NCBI GenBank assembly: GCA_965243025.1
Contig: CBDETY010000003.1
Coordinates: 3,296,001 to 3,360,000, forward strand
Reading direction: 5' to 3'
Origin: Candidatus Latescibacterota bacterium
GTDB lineage: Bacteria > Latescibacterota > UBA2968 > UBA8231
Length of the DNA: 64,000 nt
The position numbers and the translations under genes were made by a program. This document shows positions 30,493 through 39,552 of the stretch, one piece after another (position 1 is the stretch's first letter; each line of letters begins with the position of its first letter). Under the pieces are notes generated by a model. It made no database searches, had not been told where the DNA came from, and was given only the letters and a program-made list of their open reading frames with translations.

Positions 30493-31857
30493 CTACTTCT
30501 CCCGGTCCGCCACGGCGTCGCGGATCTCGCCGATGCTGTCTTCGAGCCGGTCGAGGCGCTCGTTGGTTTCCTCCACGTCCTTCTGGATCTTCGTCACCAC
30601 CGCGGCCTGCTCCTCCAGCTCCTCGACCTTCACCGAGTCCTCGTCCTTGACCAGCACGCTGGTCAGGGTGGCGGTGAAGACACCCACCAGGACCATCCCC
30701 GTAATCACCAGGAAGACCGTGAGGATTTTCCCGGAAGCGGTCTCGGGATTGTGGATGTCGGCGTAGCCGCCGGTGACCAGGGTGGTGAAGCTCCACCAGA
30801 GGCTCGGCCCGAAGCCCGAGCCGGACTCGAGGCGCTCCAGGCCCATGAAAATGAAGGCGCCGAACACGAGGGACAGCATCCCGTAGAGAAGGGACCGCTT
30901 GAGGAGCCGCACGTCGAGGGTGGAGCTCAGGTGGTCCATGCCGCGCCAGAAGAACAGCCCGACGCGCAACAGCCTCAGCGCCCTCAGGATGCGAACCGCC
31001 CGGAGCAGGCGCCCCAGGCGGACGACTCCCAGGTCGCCGGAGGCGGCGATGACCTGCACCGGGGGCAGCGGTATCGAGGTGATGAAGTCGATCCAGTTGT
31101 TCTTCCAGTACCACTTCTTGGAATCGGCGAGCCTGTACTCGAAGTAGAAGTTGGCCATGAAGAGGCCGCAGCATACCACGTCGATGATCCAGAATATCCA
31201 CAGGGTGCTCACCGGGAAGTGGGGCAGCACCTCGACGACCGGGTCGGCATAGTTTTCCCCGCTGTCGATGATCTTGACCTGCGCCAGCTTTCCCCCGACC
31301 ACCTGCCCGGAAGCAAGGGCGTGCGAACCTTCCTCATCGGAAATTTGGACGTTCACCCGCTCGTACCCTTCTCCCCCGTTCAGAATGAGGATCCGGCTTA
31401 TCTTCCCTTCCTCCACCTCCGCCCTGGCAACGGCGCCGCCGCCGGTGGCCCCGATGCCGAGCAGGTCGACGACGAGGATGGTGATGAGGAACAGAATGAG
31501 GAAGAAAATCAGCAGATCCTTGAGTTTCACCCTGCCGGAACTGCCCAGCACCCTGGCCTGCTCGGCCATCAGGTGTTTCTTCTGGCGCGCCTGCTCGATG
31601 ATCCGGGCCTTGTCCACCAGTTTCTCTTTTTCGGCGTTGAGCCTCGATAGCTGCGCCTCGGCCTTGTCGAGGTTCAGCTCGTACTGCCCGTGCCTTTTGA
31701 TCAGGCTGACCGTCTCCACTCTTTCCGCCATGGCGTCGATCTCTTTCTCTTCGGCGGCCAGCTGGCGGTCCATGCGGTCGATCTCCTGCACCAACACGTC
31801 CTTCATGCGGGTAATGCGTTCGAGGGAGCAGGATTCCAGTCGCTTCGAAAATGACAT
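30493..31857 (-). CDS. 6-TM voltage-gated-type ion channel (K+ channel superfamily)
   Basis: WIDFITSIP; S4 RLGRLLRAVRILRALRLLR; pore LWWSFTTLVTGGYAD; S6; N- and C-terminal coiled coils. Confidence 0.85.
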   Translation of the reverse strand: MSFSKRLESCSLERITRMKDVLVQEIDRMDRQLAAEEKEIDAMAERVETVSLIKRHGQYELNLDKAEAQLSRLNAEKEKLVDKARIIEQARQKKHLMAEQARVLGSSGRVKLKDLLIFFLILFLITILVVDLLGIGATGGGAVARAEVEEGKISRILILNGGEGYERVNVQISDEEGSHALASGQVVGGKLAQVKIIDSGENYADPVVEVLPHFPVSTLWIFWIIDVVCCGLFMANFYFEYRLADSKKWYWKNNWIDFITSIPLPPVQVIAASGDLGVVRLGRLLRAVRILRALRLLRVGLFFWRGMDHLSSTLDVRLLKRSLLYGMLSLVFGAFIFMGLERLESGSGFGPSLWWSFTTLVTGGYADIHNPETASGKILTVFLVITGMVLVGVFTATLTSVLVKDEDSVKVEELEEQAAVVTKIQKDVEETNERLDRLEDSIGEIRDAVADREK

Positions 31858-32019
31858 CTCGTTCCGTCTGTGCTCCGGGTTCAGGCCGGTTCGGGGGGTT
31901 GGTGTGCTGCGAACATGTGCCTTGAAAAATAAGGCCGCGTCCGGGATTCAACTTTCAAGGCATGAACCGGGGCGCCGGCAGGCAAGCCCGCTGAACGGCG
32001 CAGCTGTTCCTTCGACTTC

Positions 32020-33954
32020 ATGACTGAGTCCCCATCCCACTCCTGCTTCAGCCTCAGGGGCCTGTCGATCGGCGTGCTCCTGTGCGTGGCCATCGGCCTG
32101 GTCGCCCCGTACTGGGCCGTCTTCACCTACAACGGGGTCGGCTTCGCCCCCGCCTCGCCGGGAGCCATCCTGTTCCTCATGGTCACCGTCCTCGCCAGCG
32201 CCGCCGTCGGCCTGATCAGCCGCCGCCTGTCGCTTTCCAGGGCCGACCTCGTGCTGATCTTCTGCATGCTGCTGGTGGCCATTACCGTGCCGACCTGGGG
32301 GACGATGTTCTTCCTGATCGGCACCATGGTCTATCCCTTCTATTTCGCGACCCCCGAGAACCGCTTCTCCGACCTGCTGCACCCCTACATCCCCTCCTGG
32401 ATCGTCCCGCAGGACACGCAGGCGATCAAGGACTACTACGAGGGGCTGCCCAAGGGGGCTCCGATCCCCTGGGAGGCGTGGGTCGAGCCGATGGGGCACT
32501 GGCTGGCGCTGACCACGGTGATGGGGTTCATGCTGATCTGCATGAGCGCCATCCTGCACCGGCAGTGGTCGGTGCACGAGCGCCTCACCTACCCCATGAT
32601 GCAGCTGCCGCAGCAGATGATCGACGACGGCGGGGGGATCGGCCGCCGCCTGGCCCCCTTCTTCCGAAGCAAGGCGATGTGGCTGGGCTTCGCGGTTCCC
32701 GTGATCACCCTGAGCCTCAGCGGCCTCAACCACTTCTGGCCCGAGGTGCCGGAGTTCCGGCAGGTCGGGGGCCTGCGGCTGTTCAACAACACCATACATC
32801 TGGGATTCTACTTCAAGCCCGCCTACCTCGGCTTCTTCTACCTCGTCGACCTGAACATCCTGTTCAGCATCTGGTTCTTCTACCTGCTGTGCAAGTTCCA
32901 GGACGGCGTGTTCAAGATCCTCGGTATCGCCAACACCGAGAAGCTGAGCGTGTACGAGTACTCGCAGTCGGCCGACCTGACCCACCAGATGACCGGTGCC
33001 GTGATCGTCTTCGTCCTCTACGGCATGTGGATCGCCCGCAGGCATATCCTGGCGGTCGCCCGGAAAGCCTGGAATCCATCCGAGGGAACTGACGACAGCG
33101 GGGAGCTGCTGAAGTATCGAACCGCGGTGATCGGCTTCCTGGCGAGCCTGGTCTTCTGCGGGATCTGGCTGTGGCGGTCGGGGGTGCCGGCGGTCACCCT
33201 GCCGGTACTGCTTATCGTCAGCCTGATCTTCTTCACCCTCGTGGCGCGGGTCGTGACCACCGCCGGGGTCGCCACCGCGCGCAGCCCGATCGTGCCGGCC
33301 TTCTTCATCATATCCGGGCTGGGGACGTCGATACTCGGCGCCAAGGGGCTGGTGGCGCTGAACTTCACCTTCATCTGGCAGGGGGAATCGCAGCTGTCGG
33401 CGATGGTCGCCACCTCCAACGGGCTGAAGCTCGCCGAGCGCATTCCCGGGCCGAAGGGCCGCCTTTTCTGGGGGCTGATGCTTGCCCTCGTGGTCACCTT
33501 CCTCGCCTCGGCCTGGATGACCCTGAAGCTCGGCTACACCTACGGCGCCATAAACCTCAACCTCCTCAACTGGGTGGGGGCTCACGGGTGGCCCTCCCTC
33601 GGGGCCAAGATCGCCGACATGCCTGACGCCAACATGAGGGGGTGGCTGTTCCGCGGGATCGGCGCGGCGGTGGAGGGGTTCCTGATGTTCGCCCAGCACC
33701 GGTGGCACTGGTGGTCCCTGCACCCGATCGGGTTCACCATCGCCGTCGGCTGGCTGACCAGCAAGATCTGGTTCCCGGCGCTGATCGCCTGGGTGGTCAA
33801 GCTGACCATCCTCTTCTTCTGGGGCCCGCGGATGTTTCAGGTGATGAAACCCTTCTTCCTGGGGCTGATCATGGGGGAGATAGCGGTCGGGGGCATCTGG
33901 GGGACGATCTTTCCGTTCACGAGCGAAACCGGCCGCTGGCTCACCTTCATCTGA
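32020..33954 (+). CDS. Polytopic membrane protein, DUF6785/DUF6784-like (OPT-like putative transporter)
   Basis: Many TM segments; IPWEAWVEP; RQWSVHERLTYP; WWSLHPIGF; PFFLGLIMGE. Confidence 0.75.
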   Translation: MTESPSHSCFSLRGLSIGVLLCVAIGLVAPYWAVFTYNGVGFAPASPGAILFLMVTVLASAAVGLISRRLSLSRADLVLIFCMLLVAITVPTWGTMFFLIGTMVYPFYFATPENRFSDLLHPYIPSWIVPQDTQAIKDYYEGLPKGAPIPWEAWVEPMGHWLALTTVMGFMLICMSAILHRQWSVHERLTYPMMQLPQQMIDDGGGIGRRLAPFFRSKAMWLGFAVPVITLSLSGLNHFWPEVPEFRQVGGLRLFNNTIHLGFYFKPAYLGFFYLVDLNILFSIWFFYLLCKFQDGVFKILGIANTEKLSVYEYSQSADLTHQMTGAVIVFVLYGMWIARRHILAVARKAWNPSEGTDDSGELLKYRTAVIGFLASLVFCGIWLWRSGVPAVTLPVLLIVSLIFFTLVARVVTTAGVATARSPIVPAFFIISGLGTSILGAKGLVALNFTFIWQGESQLSAMVATSNGLKLAERIPGPKGRLFWGLMLALVVTFLASAWMTLKLGYTYGAINLNLLNWVGAHGWPSLGAKIADMPDANMRGWLFRGIGAAVEGFLMFAQHRWHWWSLHPIGFTIAVGWLTSKIWFPALIAWVVKLTILFFWGPRMFQVMKPFFLGLIMGEIAVGGIWGTIFPFTSETGRWLTFI

Positions 33955-34079
33955 CATCCTGCGGCTGGTAACCCGGGGAACGAACCGCGCGGTCGTGCGT
34001 CGAATCCTGTCTGCCGGTATTCCAAAGCAGAGAACCCCCACGCTCTGACGCCCCCACGGCCTCTTCAGGAGAAGCTCCC

Positions 34080-34685
34080 ATGTCCGTCACCCGTCTGATC
34101 TGGATCGTCCTGTTGACCGGCGGCGTCGCCTCCGCACACCAGGAAGGCCCCCTGGCCGGCCGCGGGAACTGGGGGCTGGGGGCGGCCCTGCCCTCCGGCA
34201 GCGGCAGCAGCTTCAGCTTGTGGAAGATCCGCTCTCCGACCACCGCCCTGGGCGTGCAAATTGGCGTTTCGTGGAGCTACGCCGACTCGACCGCCGACGC
34301 CGACGACCTCGCCTCAGAGCCAATCACACAGCATTCCCTGCGGCTGCAGCTGAGTCCCACCATCAAGAAGTACCGGCCATTGCACAAACAGATCGCCTCC
34401 TTCACATACGGCCGGATCGAAGCCGGTTTCTGGGGCCGAAAACGGGACTATAGTCTGAATTCCCAGCACGGCAGCAGCGGAGGAAACATAGGGGCAGCAC
34501 TTGGCCTGGGAGTGGAATGGTTCCCTTTCCAACGGATCAGCCTGGGGGGCCAGACCGGGTTGAGCCTTGAATACCGCCACTATCAGTACGATACCAGGGG
34601 AACTTTCTCCAGCAGGTCCTCCACCAGTTGGTCCCTGCATCTGCGCACCTTCCAGTCTGAAGTGAAGGCGTTGATGTATTTCTGA
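34080..34685 (+). CDS. Small outer-membrane beta-barrel protein
   Basis: Signal peptide; GLGVEWFPFQRISLGGQTG; ends ALMYF. Confidence 0.75.
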   Translation: MSVTRLIWIVLLTGGVASAHQEGPLAGRGNWGLGAALPSGSGSSFSLWKIRSPTTALGVQIGVSWSYADSTADADDLASEPITQHSLRLQLSPTIKKYRPLHKQIASFTYGRIEAGFWGRKRDYSLNSQHGSSGGNIGAALGLGVEWFPFQRISLGGQTGLSLEYRHYQYDTRGTFSSRSSTSWSLHLRTFQSEVKALMYF

Positions 34686-34729
34686 CGAAAGTCGATTCCC
34701 TGTCCAATCGCTGCGTCCGAAACCAACCG

Positions 34730-35596
34730 ATGTCTTTGGTGATTCTAACCTTGATGGCAGCCGTTCATATGACGGCCTGCGACTACTGGAAGCCGACCCA
34801 GTCCTTCGAGTCTCCAGAATCTCCCAGAAGTCCGCGACGTGTTCTTATCGACGACGACAGCGCTTTCGATGTGAGTCGTTATCTCACCCTGCTTATCTGG
34901 AACTGGCCGGCAGGTGCCGTGGATGAAATTTATTTCTATCCGGTCAACGCGGGCACCGGCTACGGCCACAGGGGAAGCGTCGAGGACAGGGAATTCGTTT
35001 TCACGCGTCCGTCCCGGGAAGAGCCAGCTGTTCTGTGCCGCGAGGACGGACAGGCCATCGACGGCTTCCGGTCGAACCCGGCCTTTGAGGAGATCTGCAT
35101 TGTCGATGGCCTGGTAACCCTTCGTAGAAAGAAGGAGTACTCCTTCGAGGACGATCCCGTTCTTCTATGGGTCACTCCCGTAAACACAAGGTCCTGGAGG
35201 CGATCCGAATTCCTCTACACGACCGGAATCCTTCTCGATAGCGATGATTCCCCCTGGTTCGAGGAAGGCGGGGTAATTCGAAATTACCTGAACTGGCCGG
35301 CGAGTGCCGTAGACAGGATCTACCTTCGCCCCATCAACGAAGAAACCGGGTACGGATACAGGTCTACATCCAGGCTGTACATCTTCATAAGGCCGCGTGA
35401 AGACCCGTTTCCGTTGCTGTGCAGGGACGACGGAAAACCCATCGACGGCTTTCAGCAGAACCCCGCTTTCTCGGAAGTCTGTATCGCCGACCGCGGAATA
35501 ACCTTGCGCAAAAAGCAGGACTATTCCTTCAAGGAAAACCCCGCCTATTTATATGTGGCACCAGTACCCGGCACTCCGAGACCGCCCCGTGGCTAG
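34730..35596 (+). CDS. Lipoprotein with two tandem ~110-aa Cys-containing repeats
   Basis: Lipobox MTAC; NWPA.AVD.IY..P.N..TGYG...LCR.DG..IDGF..NPAF.E.CI occurs twice. Confidence 0.75.
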   Translation: MSLVILTLMAAVHMTACDYWKPTQSFESPESPRSPRRVLIDDDSAFDVSRYLTLLIWNWPAGAVDEIYFYPVNAGTGYGHRGSVEDREFVFTRPSREEPAVLCREDGQAIDGFRSNPAFEEICIVDGLVTLRRKKEYSFEDDPVLLWVTPVNTRSWRRSEFLYTTGILLDSDDSPWFEEGGVIRNYLNWPASAVDRIYLRPINEETGYGYRSTSRLYIFIRPREDPFPLLCRDDGKPIDGFQQNPAFSEVCIADRGITLRKKQDYSFKENPAYLYVAPVPGTPRPPRG

Positions 35597-35635
35597 TTTA
35601 AGGTTTTGCCTCAATTTTTTGGGACACGCCCACTA

Positions 35636-36241
35636 ATGAGAAGCATGCTTGTCGGTTCGCTGCTCGCTGGGATCCTGGTGGCGGGTACTGCCGCTTCTGC
35701 GGAGGGTCCATTGGCCGGCCGGGGCAGCTGGGCCCTGGGCATGGCCCTCCCTTCCGCCAGCGAGCTCAGCCTGAGCCTGTGGAACGTACGCTCTCCCGTA
35801 ACCGCTCTCGGTCTGGAAACAGGTTTTTCGTCCTACAGCAGCGAGCACGATTTCGACGACCTCGAAGATCTCGACCGGAGCGACACCCGTTCCAGGTACC
35901 GCAGCCTGAGGCTGCATCTCCGTCCTGCCATCAAGCTTTACCGCCCCCTGCACGACCGGGTCGCCCCTTTCGTCTTCTGGAAAGCTCACGCGGGGTTCGT
36001 TCTTCGGGATAGTCGGTTCGACAGGGATTCCGTAAGGGAGAGCGACCGAAACGGTCGGGATTTCGATCTGGGGGTGGCAGTGGGCTTTGGTACCGAATGG
36101 TTCCCGTACCAGCGCATCAGCCTGAACGGCCAGACCGGACTGGAGCTGGGTTACCGCAACGAGGAATCCTTCGGCGACAGAATCCTGGAGTGGTCCCTCG
36201 AGACCTTCGAGACGGAGATGAGGGCGCTGGTGTATTTCTGA
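35636..36241 (+). CDS. Small outer-membrane beta-barrel protein (paralogue of 34080)
   Basis: EGPLAGRGSWALGMALPS; EWFPYQRISLNGQTG; ends ALVYF. Confidence 0.75.
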   Translation: MRSMLVGSLLAGILVAGTAASAEGPLAGRGSWALGMALPSASELSLSLWNVRSPVTALGLETGFSSYSSEHDFDDLEDLDRSDTRSRYRSLRLHLRPAIKLYRPLHDRVAPFVFWKAHAGFVLRDSRFDRDSVRESDRNGRDFDLGVAVGFGTEWFPYQRISLNGQTGLELGYRNEESFGDRILEWSLETFETEMRALVYF

Positions 36242-36427
36242 CCCCGGCTACCGCCGGCCGGACTGGTAACCTGCTGTAATCCAAGCCTCGATAACTACGC
36301 TGGACAGCGATGTTTCCGCCTCGGCGGCGGCGGTGAAAGACGGGATCCAACCCGAGCTGACCAGGTGGAGGATTCCCACCGGAATCGTCCCTTCCGGCTG
36401 GGGACAGCTCAAAGGAGCCAGGCATTC

Positions 36428-37084
36428 ATGAATATCTTTCTGGCCGCGGCGATCCTGGCGGTCGCGGGGGATCTACCGGTCTCCGTCCACTACGGCCCCA
36501 CCCGGGCCAAGTGGTATGGGTCCGACGTGAAGGAACTCGGATACGACGAAGTGTTTTTCCTGGAGGGCCGCCACGTGCGGATCTCTCAGCCGATCTCCTT
36601 GTCGGACCGCATTCGAGTACGACTTGAGACCGGTTGGATCGTCCGGGGATTCCGGTCACGCCCGGGGAATCCCGTACAGCAAGGACCCGATCACTTCCAC
36701 ATGGGAGAAGACTACGGATACCGGATGGAGTACTGGGAGCTGATGAGCTTGGGCGAGTTCGCCCAAAGCCTGCCAGGACGAGGCGAAGCCTACGGACTGG
36801 CGGGCCCTACGGCGGGGTTCCAACAGACCTGTGACCACTTCCCCAAAGATCGAGGCCGCAGCACGGGCAACTGCGGCAACTTCAAGCTGTTCGATCCCGG
36901 CATCACCCTCGGGGTCGGGATCCGCTACCGGGTTCCCTACTACGACTTCACGCTGTCGTCAGAGGTGCTGTGGTCTCGCGGATTCCGGTCAATGCCGTTT
37001 GTCGAACATGCGGTCGACAACGACATCCACAACGGGGTCCTGATCCTGCAGGTGGGGTTCTCGAAGAAGCCACATGGATCGTAA
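36428..37084 (+). CDS. Outer-membrane beta-barrel (PorT/porin-like) protein
   Basis: Signal peptide; YGLAGPTAGF; FDPGITLGVGIRY; terminal LQVGF strand. Confidence 0.6.
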   Translation: MNIFLAAAILAVAGDLPVSVHYGPTRAKWYGSDVKELGYDEVFFLEGRHVRISQPISLSDRIRVRLETGWIVRGFRSRPGNPVQQGPDHFHMGEDYGYRMEYWELMSLGEFAQSLPGRGEAYGLAGPTAGFQQTCDHFPKDRGRSTGNCGNFKLFDPGITLGVGIRYRVPYYDFTLSSEVLWSRGFRSMPFVEHAVDNDIHNGVLILQVGFSKKPHGS

Positions 37085-37272
37085 AATGGAGAATGGCCAC
37101 CATGCGTAAAAACACTGGCATTGCCCTGATTGCTCTATTTCTTTCCGTCCATCTCCACCAAGAGGAGGACAAGCTCTTTCAACACCCGGGTTTCATTTGA
37201 TCCTCATCTGCTTTTTGGGAATCCCTCCATAACAACAGGAGTAAAAAACATGCAAGGTTACAGGAGAGAGAC

Positions 37273-37944
37273 ATGCAGCGATTTGTTTCGGTGTCCGCGT
37301 TACTGACGGTTTTTGCAATGGCCTCACATACCTCTGCTCAGAAGGTGGATGCCTGGCGGGAATTGGTTTTCCCGTCCGACTCCCTGAAGGACTCCGCGCT
37401 GGTCATTCAGGACGAGCGAGCCGACGTACTCACCGATCCGCTTCGGTGGGCAATCCTCGAAATCCTTGGAGAGGGGAAGTCGGTTACGGAAGTTTCCCAC
37501 GCCCTTGATGTAACCGATGCCCGGGTGCTCTACCACCTCCGGCGCCTCGCCGGAACGGGTGTCGTACGATTGGAGGAAGATGCAGGAGACCCCCGGGGAT
37601 GGCGGTGTTTGCCGGCGGCGGGAAGACTGCGGGTTCGGGAGCCCCTTCCCGGAAGCGACCAACCTGCCGAGGCCATTCCAGCCGAGGTTGCCGCCCAGTT
37701 CAATCAGGCATTTCGCGAAGCTGCCGAGGGCTTGTACGGTCCGACATTCCAGATGTCAGTCAACCACAACCGCGCGCGACTGTCCGAAGAACAGGCAGCC
37801 GAATTCGGCCGGCGATTGCTCGCCCTCATAGAAGAATACTTTCCCCCCGGAAAAGGGGATCGGTCCGGCATCAAGTACGGTTTCCATGGGGTCCTCACGC
37901 CGATCGATCTTCACCCTCTCGGGGACTCTGAAACCGGGGAGTAA
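37273..37944 (+). CDS. ArsR-like winged-HTH protein with an apparent signal peptide
   Basis: LTDPLRWAILEIL..KSVTEVSHAL....VLYHLRRL; ARLSEEQAAEF; hydrophobic N-terminus ending HTSA. Confidence 0.7.
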   Translation: MQRFVSVSALLTVFAMASHTSAQKVDAWRELVFPSDSLKDSALVIQDERADVLTDPLRWAILEILGEGKSVTEVSHALDVTDARVLYHLRRLAGTGVVRLEEDAGDPRGWRCLPAAGRLRVREPLPGSDQPAEAIPAEVAAQFNQAFREAAEGLYGPTFQMSVNHNRARLSEEQAAEFGRRLLALIEEYFPPGKGDRSGIKYGFHGVLTPIDLHPLGDSETGE

Positions 37945-37993
37945 CCCCTCGGGTCCGGCGGAAGTTCATCCGACTTCGATGGAGACCATACAG

Positions 37994-38644
37994 ATGGAAC
38001 GAATTCACGGTGCAATCTTCCTCGGCCTGCTCACTGCCGTGAGCGCCGCCGGCGAGACTCCTTCTTTCGAGAACGACTACGGCCGAGCCGAAATCGGCCA
38101 TCCGTGGGAGACCATGCTCGCCGGTGAGGGCCTCGATGGGTGGAACGCCAGTGAAGGTCCGTTTACGCCTTCCGTATGGCGCCGCGAGGGGGACGCAATC
38201 ATCGCCGACACGGGACAGGCCAGCCGCGGGCGGCTCATCCAGGGAGATGGGTCGTGGGCTGCCTATGAGTTCAAGGTACAGGCAACCATTGAGAAGGGAT
38301 TCGCCGGCCCGCAGCTCGTGTTCGGAACCTCGGACGACGGAAATTCGTCGTACTTCCTGACCTATCTTGCCGGTTGGAAGACCATGGTCATTGTCCGTCG
38401 CAACGAGGAGACTCGCGAGGACGACAAGCTCGATGTGGTCGACTTCGTCATGGAGCCCGGCCGGGAGTACGACCTTGTCCTCAAGGTCCGGGACCACTCG
38501 GTCACGAGCTACGTCGACGGTGTTCTCGTCAACCGGTTGACACTGCCGGGGGAGGCGCGCGGCGCCGTCGGCCTGGCTGTCTGGGCAAACAACTCTGTAA
38601 TCCGGTTCCGCGACCCGAAGATCAGGCACTACTACAAGCGATAA
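37994..38644 (+). CDS. DUF1080 (3-keto-disaccharide hydrolase-like, lectin fold) secreted protein
   Basis: Signal peptide; LAGEGLDGW; W...GDAI; RGAVGL; IRFRDPKIR. Confidence 0.75.
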   Translation: MERIHGAIFLGLLTAVSAAGETPSFENDYGRAEIGHPWETMLAGEGLDGWNASEGPFTPSVWRREGDAIIADTGQASRGRLIQGDGSWAAYEFKVQATIEKGFAGPQLVFGTSDDGNSSYFLTYLAGWKTMVIVRRNEETREDDKLDVVDFVMEPGREYDLVLKVRDHSVTSYVDGVLVNRLTLPGEARGAVGLAVWANNSVIRFRDPKIRHYYKR

Positions 38645-38743
38645 CCGCCGCCACCACTTGCCGGTTGACACCATGAAGGATGGCCAGGATGTCGAATGGC
38701 CACTCCATCCCGGAGATTCGGCACAGATTCGGCCGCCCTGCCG

Positions 38744-39514
38744 CTAGTCCGCCAATTCCAGCTCCGGGAGCAGCACGTACTTCACCCACCCGAAATCCGG
38801 ATCGATCTGGAGCGCCTTCTCGAGCGCCGCTTCCGCCGGCTCCTTTTCCTCCCTGTCCAGATGGGCGAGGCCGAGCCAGGCGAAGGCTTCGCTGTGCCCC
38901 CATGAAGGCTCGAGGGGATCGGCAGGCTTCTCCCTGGAAAACAGTTCCGCGGCCCGCCGGAACCCCTTCATTGCCCTTTCCTTGTTGCCCCCGAAAACCC
39001 TTGGGGTGTTGAAATCGCCGATGGCCGCGGTCAGCACCACGCGCGGGTTGTCGGGGGCGAGCTCCATCGCTTTGCCGATGGCCTTCCCGGCTTTTGGCCC
39101 CAGGAACATGCTCTTCACGGGACTCAGCCCGATCTGCCTGCCGTACACGCTCGAAAGCAGGGCATAGGCTTCGGCCGCCCCCGGATCGATCCGGGTGGCT
39201 TCCTGCAGGTGCTCGACCGCGGTCTTCAGGTGCCCGGAAGCGGCCTCCTTGTTCCTGTCGCCGGCGGCCAGCAGCAGGTTGACGATGCGGAAATCGGCCA
39301 GGGCGATGTAGTAGTGGGTCCACGCCGCCAGGCCGGTATCGGCCAGGGCGCGCTCGAACATGGCCCGGGCCTCGTACATGGCATCGATGGACCCCCGGTT
39401 TTCCCCTGAGTCCAGCAGCTGCCTTCCACTTGCGAGAAGGGAGTCGGCCGCCTGGGGGAAGGCGGGGCAGGCGATCGAAAGCAGGAAAACGAGGGAGAGC
39501 GGAAAGCGCTGCAT
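38744..39514 (-). CDS. Secreted tetratricopeptide-repeat protein
   Basis: RBS aaggag; signal peptide; AEAYALLSSVYG; KAMELAPDNPR; EKALQIDPDF. Confidence 0.85.
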   Translation of the reverse strand: MQRFPLSLVFLLSIACPAFPQAADSLLASGRQLLDSGENRGSIDAMYEARAMFERALADTGLAAWTHYYIALADFRIVNLLLAAGDRNKEAASGHLKTAVEHLQEATRIDPGAAEAYALLSSVYGRQIGLSPVKSMFLGPKAGKAIGKAMELAPDNPRVVLTAAIGDFNTPRVFGGNKERAMKGFRRAAELFSREKPADPLEPSWGHSEAFAWLGLAHLDREEKEPAEAALEKALQIDPDFGWVKYVLLPELELAD

Positions 39515-39552
39515 GCGGGGCTCCTTTTTTGGGTCAGTAGTTGACAGTCCGT

